DNA from: Geosiphon pyriformis uo1
Lineage: Eukaryota; Fungi; Glomeromycota
Reading direction: 5' to 3'
DNA: 64,000 bases
Assembly (NCBI GenBank): GCA_016748015.1
Contig: JAAOMT010000470.1
Coordinates: forward strand, 242,509 to 306,508
Position numbers and translations under genes: made by a program. Shown here one piece after another: positions 50,238-62,538 of the stretch. Under the pieces are notes generated by a model. The model searched no databases, was not told the DNA's origin, and saw only the letters and a program-made list of their open reading frames with translations. Position 1 is the first letter of the stretch; each line of letters opens with the position of its first letter.

Positions 50238-53200
50238 TGTTACTTATAAAAAAAGAATACAAGAAAAATAGTAAGAAAAACAGATAAGAAGAATAGACTA
50301 ATAAGAAAATAATATTTAGTACATGAGCACATTGCTCAGCAATGTGAAACATTGTCAGAAAATCATGGCACATTGCTCAATAATAATTATATTGTCAAAA
50401 ATTACAGATATATTGCTTAGCAATATGAGCATTACTTGAAAAATTATGGCACATTGCTCACAAATATGCAGAATCTTATATAACATAAATTATATATATA
50501 TAGTAAAAATGTTAAAAGCAAAAAGAAAAATTCCAGAAGAATTCAAGAATTCCTAGAGAATTTAATAGAGTTTTATTAATTTAAAACAATCTCCTTTCTT
50601 TTCTATTTATTAAATCTTATTTCAAAGATAATTGTTATTAACTAAAATAGAATTATATTAATAAAATATCTCTTCAATTTTTCAAATTCATGTTATTGTT
50701 GTTTGTTTGAGAATCTAATCACTTTTTTATTTATCAACACTTTATGTTAATAAAATCCAACATTTAATCATACTGGAACAATAACTCTTGATCACGGCTA
50801 TTGACATCAAAAATTGCCTGGTAAAAAACTCCTGCAAAAGAGTAAGACATACAAGATTAAAGATTACTTACTAGAGGATTGCTGGCCACCAAACTGAGAA
50901 AAAAATTGACAGAATTGTGATTCCAGGAGGCTACTGAAACCACTATTAAATCTTTGCTTATTATACAAAAGACTCACAAAAACCTTTAGATTACAAAAAT
51001 TTTCAGAAACCAACACTATTATATTAATTGAACACCAAGTTATGAGTTTGTTATTTGTTTTCAGACCCCAAATAATTACCTGTAATATTTGGTGCTTCTT
51101 GTGAGATATAATCCAACAGAAAACCAATACCAACAACAACCATACAGAAAAGTGGCAGACCAAGAGAAAACAAGGGAAAATTATTTAGGATTCATGAAAT
51201 TTTTATTTTACTATTACCTTTGAAAAAATTGTTAAATTGAAACTCCAATTATTCAAAACCTGAGAATTAAAATCCCAAACATTTGAAACTTACCTTTGAT
51301 AAAAAATTGTTAAATTCAAACTTCAATTATTTAAGATCTGATTGTTAAAACCCCAACCATTCAAAAATTATCATTGATAAATTTGTTAAAACTTGCTAAA
51401 TTAAAAACTCCAATTATTTAAGACCCAAGTGTTAAAACCCCAAATATTCAAAACTTATCTTTGATAAAAAATTGTTAAATTCAAACTCCGATTATTCAAA
51501 ACCCAATCATTAAAACCCTGAACATTCAAAACTTACTGTTAATAAATTTGTTAAAAACTTATTAAATTAAAACTCTAATTATTCAAGACCTAATTATTAA
51601 AATCCCGAACATTCAAGAATTATTATTGATAAACTTATTAAAATTAAAAACTCTAATTATTCAAGACCCGATTATTAAAAACTCTGAATATTTTAAAATT
51701 ACTGTTAAATTAAAACTCTAATTATTCAAAACCCAATCATTAAAACCCTGAATATTTGAAATTTATCTTTAATAAATTCATTAAAAACTTGTTAAATTAA
51801 AACTCTGATTATTCAAAACCTGATCATTAAAACTCCAAACATTTGAAACTTATTATCAATAAAACTCATTAAATTTTTAGCAATTTAAACTCCAGGAATT
51901 ATTCAAAAACCCAAATATTTAAAGTCTAATAAATTCTAAACACCATTATCATACAAAGAAACTTACCTCTAATAGCCCAATAAAACTTAATTCTCACAGT
52001 ACCAATAAATCAACAAAACTTACTTGACAGTCTTGAGTCAGAATATTGAGATATAGTCACAATTCACTTCCATGTGTCATATATTTGAAAAAAAGCCAAT
52101 TAGCAAAAACAATAAGAATCAAAATCAGAATTGAAACTTAATCCTGATTTAAACTCCATTGATAATGACAATGATTCAAACTTTGCTAATAATAACAACA
52201 ATTTAAACTCTGTCAACAACAATTCAAACACTATTTCAAACACTAAACAATATATCATGCTTCTAGATCTTACAATAGAGCAGAAATTAACTTAATTTAG
52301 TGATAATAATGAGGACATTATGTCTAAACATGCACATAATACAGATGCAAGATTTGAACTTAGATATTCTGGACAGACCACTATAGTTAAAAACTCCAGT
52401 CATGTATAAAATTAGATTTAAAAAATAGCAATAGTAATTACAGCAACAACATTGATACAAAAGAGAAATTTAGAAGATTTCACAAGAGCTCAATATTAAA
52501 AAAGGAAATAATATTACTCATAGAAAAAAAAATACAAAAAAAATAATAAGAAAAACAGATAGGGAAAATAGACCAATAAGAAAATAATATTTAGCATATG
52601 AGCATATTGCTCAGCAATGTGAGCATTACTTGAAAAATTATGGCACATTGCTTACGAATGTACAGAATTTTGTATAACATAAATTATATATATATAATAA
52701 AAGTGTTAAAAGCAAAAAGAAAAATTCCAAAAGAATTCAAGAATTCCTAGAGAATTTAATAGAGTTTTATTAATTTAAAACAATCTCCTTTCTTCTCTAT
52801 TTATTAAACCTTATTTCAAAGATAATTGCTATCAACTAAAATAGAATTATATCAATAAAATATCTCTTTAATTCTTCAAATTCATGTTATTGTTGTTTGT
52901 TTGAGAATCTAATTACTTTTCCATTTATCAACACTTTATGTTAATAAAATCCAATACTTAACCATACTAAAACAATAATTTTTGATCATGACTATTGATG
53001 AGATACTAATTTTTTATTTTATTTTTATTTTTATTTTATTTTATTTTATTTTATTTTATTTTTTTTTGTTATTTACTAATTAATTAAGAATTAAGCACTG
53101 AGTTACTGATGTCAAAGATTGTCTGATAAAAGACCCTTGTAAAAGAGTAAACACTTGAATTTAAAGATTACTTATTAAAAAATTGCTGGCCACCAAGCCA

Positions 53201-53394
53201 AGAAAAAAATTGATGGAATTGCAATTTCAGAAAACTACTGAAAACAACTATTGAATCTCTGTTTATTATACAAAAAACTCAACCAAAACCTTCAGACAAC
53301 TAAAATCTTCAAATATTATCAATCATATTAGTTATTAAGCACCAAGTTACAGATTTGTTATTTGATTTAAGACTCCAAATAATCATCTATAACA
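50238..53394 (+). mobile_element. Non-autonomous two-LTR family B derivative (LTRs 50238-51087 and 52512-53394) inserted in the LINE RNase H domain
   Basis: PBS tttggtgcttcttgtgag; PPT aaaaaaggaaataa; gag start; dUTPase remnant (HAHNTDARFELRY ~52330-52370); probable 4-bp TSD tcat/ttat; the LINE reading is continuous across it. Confidence 0.9.
51225..51925. repeat. Degenerate ~75-90-bp tandem array (about 8 units)
   Basis: Recurrent ttgttaaatt.aaactc..attattcaa.acc.....ttaaaaccc..acatt..aaactta. Confidence 0.85.
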
Positions 53395-56300
53395 TTATAA
53401 ACCACAATACCAACACTTATATTCAAGACCAGAAAGTACACAGTTGTACTACTAGCAACATTGGCAGAACCAGTACTCCTCAATAAACTATCTGTATACA
53501 CTTCAAAAAAATCAAACCAAACTTTGTGCAAATTATTTCTTACAGCAGACAGTTCATCAGATTCCAGAACATTTAAACCATGTGACTGAGCAAAATTAGC
53601 ACAGCTAAATAAGGACAAAACTTGACTTAATAAATACTTAGATGTAATACCAAACCAACAAAAACCACAGCCTTGTAGATCCAGCCTCTTCCAATAACAA
53701 AAAGTTTTCCAATCCAACACACAGCCTTTTTTATCAACAAGCTGATTACCAAAAGCAATTCCAAAGTGTTTTAGAGAACAAACAAAATCAAAGTACAAAA
53801 TTTTTTCAAGAATCAATAATATTAGAAAATAACCAAAACTATAAAAAGCATTGAGAAGATTGTTTGCTAAAAAAAGCTTACTGCTTAAAAAGATTTTTAC
53901 CATTTTAGCCAAAAAATTATTTACCAGACTAACACATAACTTGACAAAAAATTGCAAAAGATCCAAAGGAGCCCACCCTACAACTTGCAAGTCCAAAAAT
54001 TTATAAATAAATAATCATCCAAGAATGCCTACGATATTAGAAAAGAGAACCAAAGAAGCCATCTTTTCTTCAGATTGTATTTGCTCAAAAAATTTTAAGC
54101 CATACAAAAAGAGATAATATAGAGCAGTATCAAAAAAATTATGGGGCAGACATACCTTAAGTTTGAGACTTTTCCTAACTATAACATCCTATTTGTAATA
54201 CATATTAGCTAAAACAAAACTAAACTAAGTTTGGTAGTCAATTATAGACTGCAAGACAGCTAACACCAAATATGAAAATTGTTTATCTGTAATAGTCTTC
54301 TTAAAAACAACATTAACAAAGAACTGAACATCAAAATGAGTCTTGGAAACACTTGGCTTGGACAATTCTTTGGTAAACAAAAAAATCTTCAAATAATAAT
54401 GTGTTTTGCTTTTTTTGGCAATTGAAATTGGCTGACTACTAATATTCAAAGAAGCAACTTTAACACTCTGATTAATAAGAATAGCCACTATCTTTTTATT
54501 GTTAATAGAAATATCATTGATATCAAAGAACTTACTGACAATGTTCAAAGCATATTAAGTAGTAGTCTAACAGTTACTGACCCAAATTGTGTCATCAACA
54601 AATGTGCCAGCTGCAAAATAAGATGTTATCTTATCACTACTCTCAATTTTGCTCATTTTTGAAACAAACTTAGTATCAATCTGATACTCATACAATTGTT
54701 CATGCCTCTTAATCTCACATAAAAGCAGATTGTAGAAGATCCTCTAAAGAAGAGACAAAAAGACTTTACTTTAATCCAAACTATCATGCACTCTATAGCT
54801 ATCTGACAAGCCAAAATCAGTCATAACTCTGTTAATCTTATTCTTATATATACTGCCAAAAAACCTTATGAATCTGTTACACATCTTAATTTGCTGTAAG
54901 CTAGCTTTTAAGTAATACTACTTAACAGAATCATATGCTTTACACATATCTTGTAAGACCAACCAAAGTTCTTTATCTTTTTTAAGAGCATCTTCAACTA
55001 CTAATCCAATAGCAAACACAGAAGACTATATGAATGTACTCTTTAATACTGAAAAGTTACTACCATAGAAAACACCAAACTTGCTACATGCAAATAAAAT
55101 ACAATCAGACAAAACTTTAGAGAAAATTTTCCTATTAGTCTTAATCAAAGCTATGGGCCAAGTATTTATAAGAACCCCATCATAGTTATAAAGTTTAGAA
55201 ATTATCAAAACTTATGCTCTCTTCCATAAAACAGAAACACCAACAACAGCCAAACATGCATTCAACAGCATCAAAAGCCACTTCAAAACTTCATCACCAC
55301 CATGTTTTCACAGTTTATTAGAAATACCAAACAATTTAGCAGTTTTGTCATCAGATAAATTATTAACAACCAAAAACAAATTACTTATATTAATAGAACA
55401 CATCATATCAGAAAAAGTATTGTTCTTTACATGATTTAATAGTATATATTGTCAAGCCCAGAAATTAGACAATACTAAAGACATCTTCTACTCTTTTGTC
55501 TAATTCTCTATAATCTTATTAATGCTGTGTTTTATCTTATTCAGCTTCAAAACCAACTTGTTATCTATTACTAAGTAATCCAAAACTATTTTGCAAAAAG
55601 GCTTTTTCAAAATAATTTTTATCATGCTCTTTTTATTCAAATAAAAGCTTTCTATGTATCTATCAATTGTCTTCCTAATAGACACTTTTTCAATCAATTT
55701 TGATTTATAAAGTTTGAACTTCCTGTACTTTTTCTGAACCATTAACAAATGCTTAAGAATATTCATTGACTTTTCATTATCTTGAACCATATCCATAATC
55801 TTATAAATCTCATCAAAATTTAGAGTTGACTATTTCCTAGTGAGATACTTGAAACTAATCATATCACCTAAGCCCAATTTTTTAACAATCTTGGCAACTA
55901 ACAATTCTAACTCAAAAAATTTTGATATTATTTGTTTTTCAAACATTAATATATACTAAACCAATATCTAAAGAATGTTTCATTAGCTAATCTCACTATT
56001 ACTCCCTCTAACAACTTCTATATTGCATTCAAATTATTACAAGTCTCTATTACTAAGAACTTACTCTCTACTGCTAACAACTTTGCTATAAAACACTCTC
56101 TAAATTCCATTTATTTGGTGCTATTTACATCCTTAATTCTAAACTTCTAATGGTTTTTGTTAGTCTGTTTATGCAAGCTATTCAGATAAATATTCAAAAG
56201 TCCACCCAAACCAATAAATACCATGACAGCTTTATAATTAATGTTAAAAAAGCCAGAAACAGAGCCAAGCTTATAATTAATGACAGCTAAAAACAAATTT

Positions 56301-58489
56301 CTACTAACAAAAATGTAATCAATAATTTTCTCAAACCTTTTTGAATTGCTCCACACAGAAGCTTTGACTTAATAATAACCAGAAAAAAAATTGACCAAAC
56401 CCAAATCTAAACAAAACTTGAAACTTACACTCCTTCCAAACCCATTTTTATTAAAATCATCATCCAAAACCACAAAAGTACTGAAATTGACAGTCTTTGC
56501 AATAAAAAAGTTTACTTTCAAAGCCTGTCTAAACCTAGCTTTAGACAAAACACCAGTATACAAATCCAGAACTGTAATCAAAAGCTTGTTTTTGAACAAA
56601 AGCCATACTGAAATAACCCAACCAGGAACTTTTTTTATCTTAAAAACATAACAAGCCAAAGAATTGTTATGATAACAGCTACACTAGCACCAAAAAAATC
56701 TTTTTCTAAACCAAACATAAAGATTTGTACACCTTTAAACTTATTAGCAATCTATGATTTGACATTAAATTACAACTTAGTTTCTATAATAAAAGATACT
56801 ATATTATCCAAACTCACATACCAGTAAACAACATCCTTCTGCTTGGCAGAAACATTAATACCCTAAACATTACACATAGTAAACTTCCAAACTAGATCAC
56901 TTATTGAGATGTAGAGAGAGTTAACAAACCCAGACCAGAACACAAATAATTCAATTTTTCCAAAACCAAATTTACTAACACTTCTAAAGCCATTATTTTC
57001 GACTTTAAGCCACCCATCTTGAAGATTAAAACTCTAGAACTACTTGAGTTAAAGTCCACAACCACATTATCAACAACTGAAAGAGAAAGAGCAGACAGTA
57101 TTAATGCACCATCCAAAGTTATATCCACATCTAAATTTGAAATTAGAGACTCAGAAACAACCAAAGAAGGAGCATAAAAGGAGGGCACCAATAACACCAA
57201 TTTAACAAAACTCAATTTTTTTAAAATACCAGACACTTAATCAGCCAAAAACTCTAAAGAACACTCCAAAAAATTCAAACAATTAGTCAAACAAAAAACA
57301 TTAAGAAAACCGAAAACCATTGAGATGGGTTTTACACCCAAAGACAAACCAGCACCAAAAGAATTCAACAAAACCATATAAAAAAAAGAGCCACTTACAA
57401 CCTGGGCCCAAGTCTTGCTATTGACAATTAATAGGTGCCTGTTTCTTTTTATAAATATTGGCCAGATAAACTTGATTTTAAAAAGTTACCACTTACTTAC
57501 TATAAATACCAGAATTTTTACCCATTGAACAATTAACAAAAACATGACCAAATTGTTTGCAATGAGCACAACAAGCCAAAAAAAACTAGTCCAATACAAA
57601 TTCACACTTTTGAAAACAAGAACAAAACCAACAGCAGTCAATCTGGATGTCTTATTATTAAAACAAATTACAGTACATCTATTGTAAACATACATAACCA
57701 AATTACAGCCAATAATACAAGTTCTCCTATCATAAAAAGCCAATAGATTAGAGAGATTATGGACAGTGGTGCCAACTGGTAGTGTATATAGCAAAGCTCA
57801 ATGCTAATTCCTAAATATTTATGCCTGTTTATTATTGATTGCCTTTACTATACAAACAAAGTCCTTTTCTATGAGCACAGATCATTTAGTTGTGACCAAA
57901 TTAGTTATCTCAGATAATTCATATTTCACCAGGGCTTTTTACTAAAGACCAATCAGCTGTATCTTAATTAATACAATCTTACCAAATTTAGAAAAAACTG
58001 ATTCCACAGTCAACTTTGAAAGATCAACTGGAATTTTTTTGACAATTATTTTTCAATCTAAGTGGCTGTTTATTTTCCTGAGATTATTATTGACCAAAAT
58101 ATTCTTACTAATTGCCATTTTTCTAGCCTTTTTCAAACTCATTTCAGATGTAAATAATGATTTAATAATACCAGAAAATTTTGAGGGAGTTAAAGCTTTT
58201 TCAAAACCATCTACTTAATAGAAAATTTTTTTTACTAAGATTAATTTATTATTATTGAACTTGTTTGGCATAGCTAATAAATTTATATCCAATACAAAGA
58301 ATTTAATTGGCTCAAAATTTTTCTTGTTTAAGACACATAACTCCATAATAGGCAACTGTTTGTTATCAAAGAACTTGGGAACTAAAAGCAGTAAAATATT
58401 ATTATCATTATTACTTATATTACTAAAAGAAAGTTTCTTTGGCTAGTTGCTTAACACATATATTCTGGTGTAAGTTTTTCTGGATGTAT

Positions 58490-58934
58490 AGATATTAGAT
58501 GTACTCTTTAATCATGTTTTATTCAATAATCTTCAAATGCTGCAATTACATGTTTCAAAAAAAGGGTAAAAAATAACCAACAAGTAATCTTTTATCCAAA
58601 AATGTTCAGATACTTAAAGGTAGAGAAAAAAAATTTAGCAATAAGAGAATAATTGAGATGAAAGTTGTTATTTTATTTATTTGATTTTCTTGATTTCTAC
58701 ATATATTTCTACAGCTAAGAAATTTATTGCTTATATAGTTATCAAAAGTGGTCAATAATCAGATCAACGACTAGGTCAATGATCAAGTCAATAATCAGGT
58801 CAATGATCAAATCAACAGTTAGATCATTAATCAGGTCAATGATCACTTTCTAAAAATAAAGTGGCTAATTTATATAACATTAATGACTAATACATATGAT
58901 AATTAATAAGAAGTATAAGTTTTAACTGTAATAA
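58490..58934 (-). repeat. Partial family C LTR inserted in LINE ORF1
   Basis: Matches ~26860-27276, with about 8 copies of the 12-bp ggtcaatgatca unit. Confidence 0.88.
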
Positions 58935-60169
58935 TATTATTATCTTTCAAAACATTTGAATCTGCATAGCTAGTCTCCTTCGCCACCATATTTTTTATGT
59001 TTTTTAAGTCCAAAATTCTATTAATACTATTTGTTTCACTATTAACTTTACTGCTTTAGGACCTCATAAGTTTATTGTTATCAGAAATTGTGTTAACAAA
59101 ATTGAGAAAGCCAATAAAAATCTTGACTATACCACTAACAATAATAAGTTTCTTGGGTTTTTTGTATAAAGCATTGCACAAATAAGTGCCTACTAAATGC
59201 TTAGATTTGATACTAAACCAAGTTTCTAATTTAGCTGAATTTACTACTAACTTTCCAGCAGAAGAGCCTGTTGGATTCATAATTATAAATAAAAATATAT
59301 TGGAAAAAATAACTGTGAAAACAAGGGGGATAGAAAGTAAAAAAAAATTATCTCTTTAGTATAATCTAACTCTTATTGTAATCAGAAGATCAATAAGATA
59401 AAGATTTTTTGGTTTTTTTTGTAATTAAGTATTGAATTCTATTAATATAGAATGTTAATAGAATAAAAATAATTAATATTTTTTAATTAAGTAATGATAA
59501 CATGGATTTAGGTAATAATTGATATTTTTATTGATATATGATTTGATTCTACTTTAAGTTATAGAAAACTATCTTTTAAAAGAAAGGATATTGGATAATT
59601 AATAAATTCTAATTAATAATTGGTATTAATTTTGTTTTTTCTGTTTCTAAAACTTTTACTATATACACCTAATTCTTGTTATATGAGATCTCACATTTTT
59701 TTAAGCAATGTGCCATATTTTCTTTAATAATGCTCTCATTGTTAAGCAATATGCTATGATTTTCTGATAATATGTTCATTGCTAAATAATGTGCCATAAT
59801 TCGTTAACAATGTGCATATTGCTAAGCAATGTGTAATCATTTTCTGACATTGTGCTCACTCGCTAAGTATTATTCTCCTATTGGTCTATTTCTCTATCTG
59901 TTTTTCTTACTTTCTTTCTTTGTACTTTTTCTATAAGTAACAATAACCAAATTTCTGAAATAAAATCACATGCCTGAAAAATCGATTGCGTAACACAGAT
60001 GTTCGATCGACATATATCACAGAATAAATTAGAATGTCATGGAACTTTTTATGTATGATATAATCGTGTGACCTGCTGATTGTTTTAAATCTGATTGATT
60101 AGCTCGTGGTGTGGCGCTCTTTGTGAAAAAAAATTGCTTGCGGAATTCACTTTGTTGAATAACGTAATT

Positions 60170-62108
60170 ATGACTTCTTACGACGAACTCGACCACTTAA
60201 GAAATTTTTTACAAAACGAACCCTTAAATAAAATTACTGTTGCTAGAGCCTTTCATGAACTATGGAAGTGTAAAGATATACAATCGGAAGAAAGTGATTC
60301 TAACTGTCTTTTGGAGGTCTTTAAAGAGTTGACTGCAGAAAATCTAAATAGTGATAGAAAGCAATACTTCACTTCCTTACAAGATATAGACAAGGTACAT
60401 GTAATTCACTAATATATGTTGTTTTTATAGATATGAGGATAATATAAATTGAACCACTCGTTAGTCGGTTAATCATTTGCGGGAAGTTTCAGCTTTTGTA
60501 TTACTGGATATGAAGAAGATCTGTAAGCGGTGGTGACTGGCCATAAGCCATTTGCGAGAAGTTTCAGCTTTATATTACAGTATACAAAGGAAGATCTGTA
60601 AGCGGTGGTGACTGGCCATAAGCCATTTGCGAGAAGTTTCAGCTTTTGTATTACTGGATATGAAGAAGATCTGTAAGCGGTGGTGACTGGTCATAAGCCA
60701 TTTGCGAGAAGTTTCAGCTTTATATTACAGTATACAAAGGAAGATCTGTAAGCGGTGGTGACTGGCCATAAGCCATTTGCGAGAAGTTTCAGCTTTTGTA
60801 TTACTGGATATGAAGAAGATCTGTAAGCGGTGGTGACTGGCCATAAGCCATTTGCGAGAAGTTTCAGCNNNNNNNNNNNNNNNNNNNNNNNNNNNNNNNN
60901 NNNNNNNNNNNNNNNNNNNNNNNNNNNNNNNNNNNNNNNNNNNNNNNNNNNNNNNNNNNNNNNNNNNNNNNNNNNNNNNNNNNNNNNNNNNNNNNNNNNN
61001 NNNNNNNNNNNNNNNNNNNNNNNNNNNNNNNNNNNNNNNNNNNNNNNNNNNNNNNNNNNNNNNNNNNNNNNNNNNNNNNNNNNNNNNNNNNNNNNNNNNN
61101 NNNNNNNNNNNNNNNNNNNNNNNNNNNNNNNNNNNNNNNNNNNNNNNNNNNNNNNNNNNNNNNNNNNNNNNNNNNNNNNNNNNNNNNNNNNNNNNNNNNN
61201 NNNNNNNNNNNNNNNNNNNNNNNNNNNNNNNNNNNNNNNNNNNNNNNNNNNNNNNNNNNNNNNNNNNNNNNNNNNNNNNNNNNNNNNNNNNNNNNNNNNN
61301 NNNNNNNNNNNNNNNNNNNNNNNNNNNNNNNNNNNNNNNNNNNNNNNNNNNNNNNNNNNNNNNNNNNNNNNNNNNNNNNNNNNNNNNNNNNNNNNNNNNN
61401 NNNNNNNNNNNNNNNNNNNNNNNNNNNNNNNNNNNNNNNNNNNNNNNNNNNNNNNNNNNNNNNNNNNNNNNNNNNNNNNNNNNNNNNNNNNNNNNNNNNN
61501 NNNNNNNNNNNNNNNNNNNNNNNNNNNNNNNNNNNNNNNNNNNNNNNNNNNNNNNNNNNNNNNNNNNNNNNNNNNNNNNNNNNNNNNNNNNNNNNNNNNN
61601 NNNNNNNNNNNNNNNNNNNNNNNNNNNNNNNNNNNNNNNNNNNNNNNNNNNAAGGACCAAAAAGGATAAGCTGTATAAATTCTGCATTGTATTTGGTATA
61701 AATATTACAGGTAAAAAAACATATTTCATTCAATAATGTAGATAACATTCTATTGTCTAATTGTGTTTTGATAATTAGATGACCACTGTGTTGATGTATA
61801 CGGATTGTTACGAGAAAAAGGTATAAAGTTTTACCTCCCTATCATAAAAGCCAAGATTCCTTTACATAACGAAACTGTGGATAAAGTTGAAGAATTTGTG
61901 CATGCCTTATTAATCTTGCGGGTAAGAAATTTTGAAAAACCAAAAATCAGTCTTTTAATACTATACACCATTACTAAGGTTATTTTATCTTTAGAACGGG
62001 TTACTGGTAAATCTTCATGAATTCAATCAGATTTTATTAAAGAAATCTAGGTCAGCCACCGAACAACATGATTCCTCCGAAGAAGATTCTACTATCAGAA
62101 CCTCATAA
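60170..62108 (+). CDS. Multi-exon putative REase/Crinkler-like gene, copy 3, spanning the gap (exons 60170-60394, 60465-?, ?-61710, 61779-61921, 61995-62108)
   Basis: GT-AG introns of 70, 68 and 73 nt (ctaat/actaag branch sites in the last two) give an in-frame C-terminus RTKKDKLYKFCIVFGINITDDHCVDVYGLLREKGIKFYLPIIKAKIPLHNETVDKVEEFVHALLILRNGLLVNLHEFNQILLKKSRSATEQHDSSEEDSTIRTS*. Linkage across the gap is inferred, and exon 2 has a TGA unless spliced. Confidence 0.65.
60474..60868. repeat. 75-bp A/B tandem array, copy 3
   Basis: Identical to 21960-22354; ends at the N gap. Confidence 0.98.
60869..61651. other. Assembly gap (N run)
   Basis: 783 N. Confidence 1.
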
Positions 62109-62400
62109 AAATATAATTTTAATGCGAATCTTTTTTTAATAATAATTAGGATATTTTTTATTTGTACCAGTTGTTTCGGCAACATTTTTACTGTGTAAAT
62201 AAAACAATGACACATATTCAATGATTTGAAGTATTAAAGGGACGTATAAGCCGAATAACCGCTCACATGATATTTTTTCTTTCATAATATATTAATGACG
62301 TAATAATATTTTTTGACCCTGGTCGTTATATCATATAAAATCACGTTAACTTTTGCATGTGTATTGATATTGATATGAGAATTTTCTTGGCAAAAGTGAT

Positions 62401-62421
62401 CGCGTGACAATTTGTCACGCG
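62401..62421. repeat. Perfect palindrome cgcgtgacaa-t-ttgtcacgcg (second copy 63848-63866)
   Basis: 10-bp arms with a 1-nt centre; both copies are preceded by caaaagtgatc(g). Confidence 0.95.
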
Positions 62422-62538
62422 TATATTTTTTTTATTTTACGTATATGTTCTGTATTTTTTGGTCTACACTAATAAACAAGCTTTTGAATAATCCGCATTT
62501 TATATAAAAAACGAACTTCTTAAGTAACTCTACGAGAC

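Larger units (their letters stand above)
48920..59419 (-). mobile_element. Full-length degenerate LINE (~6.9 kb net): ORF1 59280-56901, ORF2 ~56904-49055 (APE-RT-RNase H-Zn finger), with two nested LTR insertions
   Basis: 14-bp TSD tgtaattaagtatt (48906-48919, 59420-59433); A-rich tail at 48920; CNV*GIN, IDYIFVS, QDMCKAYDSV, FVDDTIW, EVYTDSL, KIKSHSGIAGN. Confidence 0.95.
48447..59942 (-). mobile_element. Solo family B LTR (48447-48919 plus 59420-59942) split by a LINE insertion; 4-bp TSD ATAA
   Basis: The two halves join into one LTR; ataa at 48443-48446 and 59943-59946. Confidence 0.85.

Noticed and set aside
60095-60169. N-terminal extension MISSWCG of copy 3
   Set aside because: Starts at TTG and is not shared with other copies; ATG 60170 is the conserved start.
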